Assembly: GCA_013265495.1 (NCBI GenBank)
Contig: MU058836.1
Location: 806,001-870,000, forward strand
Direction of reading: 5' to 3'
Length of the DNA stretch: 64,000 nucleotides
Source: Vicugna vicugna
Taxonomy: Eukaryota
Positions 1 through 11,085 of the stretch are shown piece by piece. A program made the position numbers and the translations under genes. Position 1 is the stretch's first letter. Each line of letters begins with the position of its first letter. The notes below the pieces were generated by a model, which saw only the letters and a list, made by a program, of their open reading frames with translations, did not search any database and was not told the DNA's origin.

Positions 1-79
1 GAAAGAAAAGCATTCTAGTCAGCGAGAAGCGCAAGTACAAAGGCCCTGAGGCAGGAAAGAAGCTTGGTTTGTTGGGCTA

Positions 80-318
80 GCAGTAGAAATACAGGATGAG
101 CCATGTGTGTAATTTTAAATTTTCTAGTAGCCACATTTTTTTAAGTGAAAAAAAAGCAGGTATAATTATTTTTAATATATTTTATTTAATTCAATATACA
201 AACATTTTTATTAATAAAATACATCTTTTCATACTAATTCTTTGAAATCTGATGGGGATTGGGAGTATACTTTGAGTACTCAGTAGCTACAGGCTCCTCA
301 TGGCTAGTACTGGGCAGG
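80..318. mobile_element. hAT-Charlie DNA transposon fossil (MER3-like)
   Basis: taattttaaattttctagtagccacattt...ttttatttaa motif typical of MER3/MER33 (recognised from memory). Confidence 0.7.
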
Positions 319-429
319 CCAGTGGTGGGTGAAAAGTGTCTTGGGAGAGCTTTAAATCAGGGGTCACATGGATGGATTCTAATGATTCTGCATATGTCAG
401 GACTAACCCCTGGAATCCCTGCAAAAGCC

Positions 430-1200
430 CCCACTTAGGCCTTTTGGAGCAGCTGTCCCCAGGCCCGGGATGGCGCACACAGGAGGGGAAAGCCCCCAGC
501 CTTCCTCCCCCCGGGGAGCCTTCTTCCCTCCGTGGAGTCTAGCTCTGGGGAAGCCAACGCCTGCACACGTGGGAAAGCAGCGTGGCTGGCCCTGGGCCTG
601 GAGCCATCTCCCGGGCCCAGTGTGCCAGGCCTCCTTCCAGACGCCGGTGTCCGCCCAAGTGAAGTAGGGCCTCTCCGCCAGCCGCCTGGCCACGCCCCTT
701 GGACTCGTTTTGGTTTTCGGGTGCAGACAGGTCTACATTCCTCTGAAGAGGCCAGCTCGGCATCATCAAAGCTGGTGAAATCAACAATAACAGTAACCCA
801 GGGCCCCGACCTGCAGTTCCTGCGAGCGCCACGAGGGGCGCCAGCAGCCGAGGCGCCTGCTGGCTGCTACCCAGCCCCTGGCAGCCTCTCCTCCCCCACT
901 TCTGTGCCCACCCCAGGCTGGCCGGCCCCGCCGAGGCCTCCCCTCCCGCAAACACGATGTTCCCTCCAGCAGCCTCACCCCGAACCTAGCGGCAATCTGT
1001 CGCCAGCGGTTGCCTAGGTTCCTTCATTTTCTAGGCCTTGGGCCCCCGCCAAAATGGCGGCGAGGGTGCCAGCTGTGCGGCGGCCAGAAAGGCAGGAGGG
1101 AGAGGAGCTGTGCCTCGGGAGGCCCTGGTGCCTGGTGTGGGGATAGGCGGAGACGAGCAGCGGCGAATCCAAAGTCTGTGCGTCCCGACCTGGAGCCAGG
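430..1200. promoter_or_regulatory. GC-rich promoter/enhancer-like island
   Basis: Elevated CpG; E-box CACGTG at about 566; KLF/SP GCCACGCCC 689-697; YY1 CAAAATGGCGGC 1050-1061. Confidence 0.5.
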
Positions 1201-1953
1201 AACAAAAAAGATTCCACTGTTCGGATGTTTTCACCCCTAAGGCTGAATAACAGCAGAGGCCTGACTACCCACGTGGTGTCTGTGGCCAGAATAGGACCCA
1301 CATAATAATGGCTTAGATCAGGGGAGAGTTTTTCCCACTCCGTGGGGCAATAGCGTCATAAGGGCAACAATAGCACTCTACAAGCTGACATTGGAGCGCC
1401 GTGGAGGCCTTGCCTCTGCCCTCACCACCTTTCTGTGTGCTCCGGTGGCATCTCCCGAGTACGGTGTGGTCACACCCTGACTCCCGGGAGGTGCTGGACT
1501 CCAGAGGGACGGAGAATTGGCTGATCCTTAGAAGACTAAGAGATTAGCCCAGCTGGTCCATCACCTCTTGGTTCCCCCTCCCTCAACCATTTGTCAGCTA
1601 GAGAGGGCTGTTTGGGGTGGATTTTCTAGTAGGGGAATGGTCATGTTTATCTTTCTAGAAAAACCTGGTTGCATATGGCCATGAAAGCACCCAACTTCAG
1701 GAGTAGCTTACCTCAAAAGGCCCTGAACAATGGCACAGGCCAGCCGGAGGGTGTCCAAGTTGACGTTTCCAAGCTGGAGGATGAGATCAAAGGACTGCTT
1801 TTCTGGAGAGAGTCCAGTTGGGAGGATGTGAAGAAAGCAAGTCTTGGTCTGGGAAGAGCACATTGAGAAGGTGGATGGTGAACAGGAAAGTCAAAGATGA
1901 CAGTTTGGAAGGAGCCTGAGGAAAATGCAGGATTTGGAAAGAGGAAAAAAGCA

Positions 1954-2094
1954 GGGCGGGTGTAGCTGAGTGGTAGAGTGTGAGCCTAGCTGCATGAGGT
2001 CCTGGGTTCAATCCCCAGTACCTCCATCAAAAATAAATAAATAAATAATAAATAAGTAAATAAGTCTAATTATCTCCCCTTCTTCCCCCCAAAA
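1954..2094 (+). mobile_element. tRNA-derived SINE (Vic-1-like, long 3' type)
   Basis: A box TAGCTGAGTGG, B box GGTTCAATCC, (AAAT)n tract, then taattatctcccc extension. Confidence 0.9.
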
Positions 2095-2247
2095 GGTGAA
2101 AAGGGGAGGAAGAAGAGGTCTATTTTTGTTTCCAATAAGGTCTATCTTTTGATAAGTCCCTCTGCTCCTCCAATGGACCAGAGCCTGCCTAGAAAAATAC
2201 TTGTGTGCACTTTGAGTGTATTTCCTCCTTGTGGTAACCCTCTGAGG

Positions 2248-2548
2248 CAGGTATAAATCCATAATTTCAATTCCAAATTCCAGAAAGCTCAAAATGTGAA
2301 AACACTTTGGTAGCTTCTTTAGTGGTAAAAGCTAATTTGAAATACTAGGAGCCTTTAATCCCACTCAGTGTGAATATTTATCCTCTTGCTGCAAAAATAG
2401 TAATGTGTTTGATTTTGGGGTCACAGAGTCCAATGGGACGTTATGTGATACCTGGTACATGTGCTTGTTATCTTTCTAAAATCTGAAACACGCTGAATTC
2501 TGAGACACAGCTAGCCTGGAAGCTTTTGGGTAAGAGACTGTGACTCTA
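2248..2548. mobile_element. Old TcMar-Tigger DNA transposon fossil (MamRep434/MER46-like)
   Basis: Degenerate Tigger-type termini and aaaatctgaaa...ctgaattctga motif. Confidence 0.45.
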
Positions 2549-2931
2549 GATTATTCCCATTTTACAAGGGAAAAAGCTGAGGCTTAACAAAAGAACCAAA
2601 TTGTCTTAGGCCACAGAGGTGCCAAGTGACAGACTGAGGACTCCAGCTCTGGTCCAGTTCTTAGTAAGGGACTGAGAGTCCAGGAGGCTAAGCAAAGCCT
2701 AAGCCTGGTGGTGTGGGTCATTCGAGACCCACAGATGCTCAGGCCAACTAGCTGAGAATGGATCTGGAAGGCAAGGGGGACCGCTGTACCCTTGAGAGAC
2801 TCTGGCATTTCTGGAAGGCTGGGACTGTGGCTTTGGGCTACACCAGATGCTTCAGCACAGCAGCCCTGAGGTCTGGATCCAGAGACCCATTAGCAAAGTG
2901 CTCTTTTTATCTCTGTAATAGTTTCTTCTTC

Positions 2932-3471
2932 TGTTGCAGCAAAGTGTGTTACAGCTCAGTTGTAACAGCAACCTGGATCTGGCAAGAGACCAAGCAGCAC
3001 TTGGAGGGTTGGAGAACTCAGGTTTATTACGCCAGCAGGCCCAGAGGAGTTAACACTCCAAGCTCTGAACCCCATCTGTAGGTTTACAACCCTTTATAGG
3101 CTACCAGCCTAGACTTTGCAACATTTTGCAGCATCATATGCAAATAAGGTATAACAAAGGTGACTGATTGGGAACAAGCTTTGTAGAAGTGGACCAATCA
3201 GGAATGAGAGGAATGGACCAATCAGGAGTGAGGGAAATGGGCCAATCAGGAGTGAGCTCCATGTAAATGAAGCACTACAAATGGACTGGTCAGGAGTTAG
3301 CTCAGGGAACTGATAGAATCTTAGGGGTGAGTTCCGCTTTCCTAGAAGTAAGCTGTTTCAGAGTTTAAAAAGTGAAAATGCTGCAGGGCCAGGGAACAGA
3401 ATGGTACTGGCAGAAGGGTAGTGGCCCTGCCTGGGGGTCCTGCCGTCTTTTTCATGGGGCTTCCTACCTCA
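2932..3471 (-). mobile_element. Solo LTR, ERV1-like, 540 bp
   Basis: TG...CA ends; 4-bp TSD CTTC (2928-2931, 3472-3475); minus-strand TATAAA at about 3093-3098 and AATAAA 3023-3028; splits a MIR. Confidence 0.9.
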
Positions 3472-3739
3472 CTTCTGCAGGATGGGGATGATAATATTTG
3501 CCCCTGAGGGTTGGTGTAAATATTAAATAAGATATGCTTGAAAACACTTAGCATGGTGCCTGAAACTTACTCAGCAGTTAATAAATGTTAGCCGTGACTG
3601 TTATTCTCAAAGTGGGGTGTGCACACCTCTCAGAGAGTTCCAGATCTCATATGGGTGTGAGAATATTCTTGGATTGCCAATTTTGCTTGTTTCCTAGTAA
3701 TTTAAATCATTATTTCTTTTTCCCATTAAAACTGGCACA

Positions 3740-3840
3740 GAGTGAACATACTTAACACTACTGTACACTTAAAAATGGTTAAGATGGTAAATTTTATGTT
3801 ATGTATACTTTACCATAATTAAAAATTAAGAAAAAAAAAA
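3740..3840 (+). mobile_element. L1 (L1MB-like) 3' terminal fragment
   Basis: tgtacacttaaaaatggttaagatggtaaattttatgttatgt followed by an A tail; direct repeat AACTGGCACA 3730-3739/3967-3976. Confidence 0.8.
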
Positions 3841-3846
3841 CAGCCT

Positions 3847-3962
3847 GGGGGAGAGGGTATAACTCAGTGGTAGAGCATATGCTTAATATGCACAAGGTCC
3901 AGGGTTCAATCCCCAGTACCTCCATTAAAAATACAAAAGAAAACAACAACAACAACAAAAAA
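3847..3962 (+). mobile_element. Vic-1-like SINE nested in the L1 tail
   Basis: A/B boxes and A/CAA tail. Confidence 0.9.
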
Positions 3963-4547
3963 TACCAACTGGCACAAGTGTATTAGGAAACAGGATGCAC
4001 AAATACATGAATAAAATAGAGGAGATGTCAATGAATTTCTAGCCATTTGCTGAGGAGGGGGGTGGCGAGGGGTTGAGTAAGGGGAAGGGAGAGGGGCAAA
4101 GTTCACAATCACAGGTGAGTATGAGAAACCCTCTTAGAGGTCTTGTCGACCTGTGCTCCTGAACTTGGTCCAGGGTTAGAGAGTTTGAGGTGCTTTGTGA
4201 ACACAGGCAAATCTAAGTTCTACAGATAATGAGGCCATGAATGTTCATGGGCACAGTCATCACACGTTTTGGGCCCTACGCTGGTCACTGGGGCAGACAC
4301 AGACTCGAATGTGACCAGGTCCCCAGCCTCAAGGCTCTCCTGGCTACTGTGGGAACGTACATGTGAAGAGAAAACTATTACAACCACTGGATGTGACCGG
4401 CAGCGCTAGGAAGTGTGTTCAGGGTTCAGTGAATACTTTGAGGAGCTTTGAAGAAGGCCGCATTCCCTCTGCAAAGGGTGGCAGGGAGTTGGGAAGGATA
4501 TCCTAAAAGAGCAACCCCTGAGCTGGGTTGAGTACGCTTTCATGAGT

Positions 4548-4729
4548 CAGCGGTTCTCAAACTTGAGCGTGCATCAGAATCCCTGGGAGGACTTGTCGAA
4601 ACCCAGATGGCTGGTCTCCAGGCTCAGTGTTTCTGATTCAGCAGGTCTGGAGTGTGGCCCAAGGATCTGCATCCCTAACAAGCTTCCTGGTGATGCAGTG
4701 GTTCCCGGAACACACTTTGAGGACCACTG
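4548..4729. mobile_element. MER5A-like hAT-Charlie MITE inserted in L2-like sequence
   Basis: TIRs CAGCGGTTCTCAAA...TTTGAGGACCACTG; catcagaatc/ttctgattcagcaggtctgg internal motifs. Confidence 0.85.
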
Positions 4730-5919
4730 AGCTAGATCAAGAAGAGGAGGCAGAGTGTGCCAGGAGGTGGGGGAGATTTGTGTAAAGAGATGGAGGGGTG
4801 AGAGAGCAACAGGTGTTTTAGAGAGCCACGAGCAAATGTATGAGGCTTGAGCCGGGTGGGTGGCCAGGTGCAGCTGAAGATGGACCCGTGCACCAAGCCT
4901 CGGAGTTTGGACTTGATCCTGGAAATGCAGAGCAGCCAAAGGACGTGCTTGTGGAGCAGAGAACATGAACAGTTTAGCCCTTTAGCAAGATCACGTCGGA
5001 GGGCAGTTAGCGTGGGGAGGAGAAAATGGAGGCAGAGAGACTAGTTAGGAAGCTGTCACAGCGAGCCTGTTGGATCCCGCCAGCCTTGGTCTTACTGGTA
5101 CCCAGAGTTCTGGGAGCGGGAAGTGGCAGAAACCTAGATGAGCAGCTGTTCATATAAACTGGTAAAAAAAAAAACATGTAATTGACTTGTTCGCCTTCAA
5201 GTTCTTTACTTTTCCGAAGAGGATTGAGCTATTAAAAAGAATAAAAATTTAAAGAAATCAAAAATAAAATAAAAAATAATTTTAAAAAATAGCACCGTGG
5301 ACAACTACTCATTGGCAATAAGCACAGGACCGAGCATTTTAGGTGCATCATCTCATCCAATGCTGAAGTGGAAGCTCAGAGAAGTTCAGGAAGCCACCCA
5401 AGAGACAGAGCCAGATTCAAACCCGGAGGTGCAGCCCATTCTCTCTCTCCCAAGTCTGGATTCCTCACGAGCTTGCGTCGCTCCTCCCAGGGTGAGTGTC
5501 TGCGTGCTGTGACCACTCGGTATGCGTGTAGCGCATGCTGGATGCTGTGGTGTTGTTGACCCCAGGCCTTCCCCTTCTGCTCGTCACAAGGTAAAGGGTC
5601 TCCTTGGGTATCTTCATGGGGATGCTTAGAGCCAGGGAGAAAGGACCTTGCTGGGCATTGAATTTCCCCTCTGGGGCAATAAAACAGGCACTGGGGGAGA
5701 AGGGTATCACCTGCCTGTCAGCTCCACCGACATGACTTGGAGTAATTCTCAGACACTCCCAGGTCAGTGAGAGAGAGCATAAAGGCTGCCCTACCAAAAT
5801 GCCAGGGATGGCGAGAGCAGTGAGAGGAGTTCGCTTGTCAGGTAGAAAGTGATTTTTTTCCCCCATGCACTCAAACGACTCAGGAACCAGGCACAGAGAG
5901 AGAGGAGGAAGAATGAAAG

Positions 5920-6003
5920 AAAGGTTGGCAGAGAGGGAAGGACTCGTGGCCTTGGAGTCAGAAAAGTTGGCAGAGATGGAAGAACTCGTGGCCTTGGAGT
6001 CAG
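5920..6003 (+). repeat. Tandem duplication, 2 x 42 bp
   Basis: aaaggttggcagagagggaaggactcgtggccttggagtcag repeated with 3 mismatches. Confidence 0.95.
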
Positions 6004-6589
6004 CTGGCTGTGTGACCCTGGGCAAGTTCCTTCCCCTCTCTGGGCTTCCGTTTCTTCCACCAGTACAATTAAGTAGATAGATTAGATGATCCCTAAGCTC
6101 CCTTCCCACTTTGACATTCTGTGCTTTTCCTTTTCAAAGTACCTGAGTGTGACTTTTCCAGGAAAATGTCAGACCTTTCAAAGGGCAAGCTTCTATGTTT
6201 GCCAGACATCTTTTGTCACTCTGCAGTTGGTTTTGTCTGTGTTCATGTCCAGGGGATTTTCTATGATGTATACATTTTCTTATTTCTCTAGCTATATTTC
6301 CTTGTTTGCATTGGTTGACTGTTGCAGAAACAGGGCACTGTTTTTCTAAGCAAATATGCAGTTCCATGCCAACAGGAATATCCTGTTTATAGGGGCCTCC
6401 TTTTACAAGGTACCAGCTGTTTGAAAACATTTGTGTGTTGCCACATCAGAATAATCTCCTGATAAGCAACTATTTTTTCTTCTAGTGACACAATTTTCTT
6501 TAATACAATCCTACAGTGATACTGATGCACCTTAAAAAAGTACATATCCCACCTGATTATCATGGTCACCTGTTTCTTCCTCTCTTTCT

Positions 6590-6935
6590 ATTATTAGCTT
6601 GCTAAGGGCTGACATACAAAATACCAAAAACTAAATGGCTTAAACAGCAGGAGTGTGTTATCTCGTAGTTCTGAAGTCAGGAAGTACCAGACTGAAGTGT
6701 GGCAGGGCTGGTTCCTTCTGAGGGCTCCGAGGGAGAATCTGTTCCGTGTCTCCTGCCCAGTTTCCAGCATTTGCTAGCAGTCTTTGGCGTCTGCATCACC
6801 CATCTCTGCCCTCATCAACACATGGCATTCTTCCTGTGTGCGTGTCTGTGTCCAAACTCCCCCTTTTCATACGGATGTCAGTCATACTGGGGTAGGGGTC
6901 CACCCTACCCCAGCATGACCTCATTTAACTTAGAC
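6590..6935 (-). mobile_element. MaLR LTR fragment (MLT1-like)
   Basis: ggcttaaacagcag...tagttctgaagtcaggaag...gcagggctggttccttctgagggct...gggagaatctgttcc. Confidence 0.8.
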
Positions 6936-6949
6936 TTCCAACTCCAGAG

Positions 6950-7424
6950 AGAGTAGTTGGCTGTCACTGACCCAGCGCTGCTCTGAAATCCATCGCTGTG
7001 TTTGTACTGGCCGCATGTCCCATGGGTTGCTCCCAGCCATTGACTGAGGGCAACAGGCATCCCAGGACAGCCCTGTTCCTGGAGGTGCAGGACTCCTCTG
7101 AGAGGTGACGTTGGTTCGAGGACTCCCCAGCAAGCTTGCTGAACCTTCCTTGGACTGCATGACAGTCCAGGATGCTTCTCCTCAAGCTTCCTTCCGTGTC
7201 TCCATCACTTGGGGTCAGACTTGCATCCACTCTTGTTCCGCCTCTTGAGATAACTCTATACTCGACTGTACTCCCCTCCCCACGCCCACGCCACCCCCAT
7301 CCCTGAGCTTCCCCCGCCTCCACTGCTCCCTCCTGGTTTTCCCTCGCAGTGGGGTTTCCTAGCAAAACCCCTCCATGTCTAGTTCCATCTTAGCACCTAC
7401 TTCATGGAGGACCTGGAGTAACAC
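6950..7424 (+). mobile_element. ERVL LTR fragment (LTR16-like)
   Basis: ggactcctctga...cgaggactcccc...ggggtcagacttgcatc, ending ggaggacctggagtaacaca. Confidence 0.7.
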
Positions 7425-7454
7425 AAGAGGGGACAGAAACTCAGTGTCCTCAAA

Positions 7455-8240
7455 ACCACATTGAGATAATACCTCCCATCCGTCAGGATGGCTACCAGAA
7501 GAAAAAGAAGAGAAAGAAAGAAAGAAAACAAAAAGTAACTAGTATTGGTGAGAACCTGGAGACCCTGGAACCCTTGAGCACTGCTGGTATGAATATAAAG
7601 TGGTGGGACCACTATGGAAGATGGGATGGTGGCTCTTCAAAAATTTAAATATAGAATTACTATATGATCCAGCAATTCCACTTTGGGGTAAATACCCCAA
7701 ATAACTGAAATCAGGGTCTTAAACAGATATTTGTATACCCAGGTTTATAACAGTATTATTCATCCTAGCTAAAAGATGGAAGCAATGTAAATGTCCTTTA
7801 GTGGATGAGGAGTAGGTAAACAAAATGTGGTACATACACCCAATGGAATATTAATATTATTCAGCCTTTAAAAGCAAGGAAATTCTGACATGTGCTACAT
7901 ACAACCTGGATGAACTTGTGGACATTATCCTAAGTGAAACAAGCCAGTCACAAAAAGACAGTGTGTGATTCCACTGACACGAGGTACCTAAAGTAGTCAG
8001 AGTCATAGAAACAGAAAGCAGAGTGGTGGTTACGAGGAGCTGGGAGGGAAGGGGAAGGGAGAGGCGGTGTGAGGGGTACAGAGTTCTGGTGTGAGATGAT
8101 GAAGGCGTTCCGGAGATGGATGGTAGCGCTGGCTGTACAACAGTGTCAAAAGACTTAACGCCACTGAACTGTACGCTTACAAATGGTTGAGATGGTAAGT
8201 TTTCTGTTATGTGTATTTTATCCCACTTAAAAATAACATG
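7455..8240 (+). mobile_element. L1 (L1MB-like) ORF2 end and 3' UTR fragment
   Basis: tatgatccagcaattccact, aaaatgtggtacatacac, gccactgaactgtac...atggttgagatggtaa. Confidence 0.9.
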
Positions 8241-9345
8241 CGAAAAAAATCCTTGCCTCTTAGCGCAAAGTTGAGAGGGCACCAAATCCTGTTGGCAAGT
8301 GCTTGGGGCATCTGGGTGACCAGGCCAGGGAAGCACAGGGCAGGCTGTTTATTCTTCACAAGACCTAAATGGTCTGAAGGCTTCTGGTTACCCGTTTACC
8401 ACATGGAAACCTAAGTTTAATCTTCATTGTCAGGATGGTCCTCACGCATACCTCATTTCAGGGAACTTTATGATTCACCAGACAGATGGTAGTGAATTGG
8501 AAAACATGTTTACGGTTTTGGATTCTTACTTCATAAACTGGGGGTGTTTTAGGTGAGAGAAAGGGAGAGGCAGTAGCCATTTGGATCATTTTTAAAAGCA
8601 TCGTTTTGGCCCAGCTGGACCAGGAAGGTACCAGAGGCAAAAAACGGCCAGGCTTTTCCATCTGAAAGTTTTTCTTTTCAGAGAGAGAAAATAGAGATTC
8701 AGGCACAAGTCAGAGTGATTTGGCCAAATATCCAACAGGGAGAAAAGGAGAAAAGACTTTCCGATTTTAATACTTTCTTTTTCCCCTCTCGTCTTCAAGG
8801 TGCAGTTATCGGAAGGACTTAGGGGCTTGGGGTTATTGTTAAAGTTTGAACTTTAACAATAACTTGACCATAGTCCTTGGGCAAGCTGTGTGATCTCTCT
8901 GTGCCTCAGTTTCCTTCTCTGGAAATTGGGAATAAAAATAGTGGCTCCTTCATAGGAGTGTAAATGTTCACAGCTAGAAACTGCTCCACGTTTTCTATGT
9001 GCCGGACATTGTGCTAAGTCTTTTATATGCATTGACTCATTTAATCCTCAGACTCAGGATGATCTCATTCCACAGCGGAGGAGCCTAACCACAGCGTGAC
9101 ACCTCATTGTACTAATTGTGGAATGCGTGTAAAAAGTGTAAGTCCGGCCTCAGTAAACATTCAAGAGCATTTCCCTCGTGTTTCAGGGATGCGGACCTAA
9201 GGTTCAGAGAGATGAAAAAGCATTTTAAGATCACAACACCATGAGACGGTAGAGCTGGGGCTTGGCGTTGAATATTTTCTCCCCAAACCCAAGCAAAGCA
9301 TGCTGAGGTGTAGGGGAGCCTGGTTGTCAGGCAGACTGGTGGAGC

Positions 9346-10110
9346 TTTGTAAATCACCTACACTTCAATTAAAAAAAATCAGTGCTGTCATTATGGAAAA
9401 CAGTGTGGAGATTCCTCAAAAAACTATAAAACTACAAGTAGACTTACCACTTAATCCAGCAATCCCACTCCTGGGTATATATCTGGAGGGAACTCTAATT
9501 CAAAAAGACACCTGTACCCCAATGCTCACAGCAGCATTGTTTACAATAGTCAAGACATGGAAACAACCTAAATGTCCATCAACAGATGACTGGATAAAGA
9601 AGCTGCGGTATATTATACAATGGAATACTACTCAGCCATAAATAAGAATAATGCCATTTACAGAAACATGGATGGACCTGGAGATAGTCATTCTAAGTGA
9701 AGTAAGCCAGAAAAAGAAAGAAAAATACCATATGCTATCCCTCATATGTGGAATCTTAAAAAAAAAAGAAAACACTAATGAACTTATTTACAAGACAGAA
9801 GCAGACTCACAGACATAGAGAACAAACTTATGTTACCAGGGGAAAAGGGGTAGGAAGGATAAATTGGGAGTTCAAGATTTGCAGATACTAACTGCTATAT
9901 ATAAAACAGATAAACAAGTTTCTACTGTATAGCACAGGTAACTGTATTCAATATCTTGTAACCTATAATGAAAAAGAATACGGAAACGAATATATGGATG
10001 TATATGTATGACTGAGACATTATGCTATACACCAGAAATTGACACAACATTGTAAACTGACTATACTCCAATAATAGTAATAAAAAAGATTCCACATATT
10101 AAAAAAAAAA
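9346..10110 (+). mobile_element. Lineage-specific L1 3' fragment preceded by a tiny L1 tail
   Basis: ORF2 C-terminal peptide PAIPLLGIY...KTWKQPKCPSTDDWIKK (ORF 9300..9641); same 3' UTR family as 54422-55343. Confidence 0.9.
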
Positions 10111-10855
10111 AGCCAAATTCCCTAACTGTTGAGCATGCGGGGTTTCAGGGCACGCGGTCATCTACGGATACAGAATACTCTTCTAATCTTTCACTCATTC
10201 AACAACCATTCTCTGAGTCCCTACACCATGCCAGGAATTTGGAGATAGAGAGGAACTGGTCCTCGGTCTAGAGTTGCTCAAAGATTTGGGAGGGTGTGAA
10301 ATGTAGGGACCTACAAAATCATGGAATCAGGCCCTGGCTCTTCTGAGCCTCGAATGGTGGCCCCAAGGATGTGCTTCAGAGGAGGTCACGGTCGGCAGGA
10401 ACAGAGCCGGTTTCACCACTGGCGCGGACGGCGTCCTCTGTGCAGGTCTCCCTGGGCGGAGAGGCAGTCCCGGCGTCGGGCATCACCACACTGTCACCCA
10501 CCCCTTCAAGGTCTGTTTTCCCAACTCTTTGCCAGCGTGCGCGCTCTTCTTTCTCTGACCCCCAGGCCCTGCAGAAGACTTGGCAGGCGGTGTCTGCTGG
10601 CTGCCAGACGGCGCTGATGTTGACCCTGCGTTTCTCGGGAGCTTAGATCATCATGCAGAACGCTCTGCTCAGCCCTGGGATGACGTAGCTCCAGCCCTCA
10701 GGAGGGCTCATGATTACTTGTGCCTTTCAACTCCAGTCTGTTGCTCTCCCCAAACACTGTGGCAATTTTAAAACACCTGGAAAACAAAGGCATTCTAGTT
10801 TCCTTGTGAACCATGTATAAGATGATTAGTAACACAGTATTTCATTTCTTTCACC

Positions 10856-11085
10856 TTTTAAAATAACTTTTATTAAAAAAATTTTTTTCTTCCAGTTTTA
10901 TTGAAATATAGTTGACATACAGCACTGTATACTTTTTTTGGGGTGGGGCTGGAGGTTGATAATTAGGTTGTATTTATTTATCTATTTTAATGGAGGTACC
11001 AGGACCTTTAATGGATTGAACCCAGGACCTCAAGTTTGCCATGTTTGCTAGGTACGCACTCCACCACTGAGCTATACCCTCCCCC
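10856..11085 (-). mobile_element. Vic-1-like SINE (10933-11085) joined to an L1 3' tip (10880-10932)
   Basis: SINE A/B boxes on minus strand; ttttattgaaatatagttgacatac L1 end; flanking TTCATTTCTTTCA repeats 10841-10853/11086-11098. Confidence 0.85.

Noticed and set aside
740..805. Minus-strand LGYCY/VDFTSFDDAELA resembling an RRM RNP1 motif (possible pseudogene)
   Set aside because: Needs a frameshift and the flanks show no RRM similarity; probably chance, and TBLASTX would settle it
828..842. CTCF-like GCCACGAGGGGCGCC
   Set aside because: One base short of the core spacing; cannot be supported without PWM scoring
1954..2030. tRNA-like sequences with A and B boxes (here and at the other SINE sites)
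   Set aside because: Diverged copies with A tails and TSDs are SINEs, not tRNA genes
3190..3260. Periodic 24-bp repeats (also the 42-bp repeat at 5920) as a CRISPR-like array
   Set aside because: Eukaryotic context, no unique spacers and no cas genes; these are an LTR enhancer repeat and a simple tandem duplication
5465..6109. 214-aa minus-strand ORF with an internal repeat
   Set aside because: Begins in a MIR, and the peptide repeat comes from the 42-bp tandem duplication
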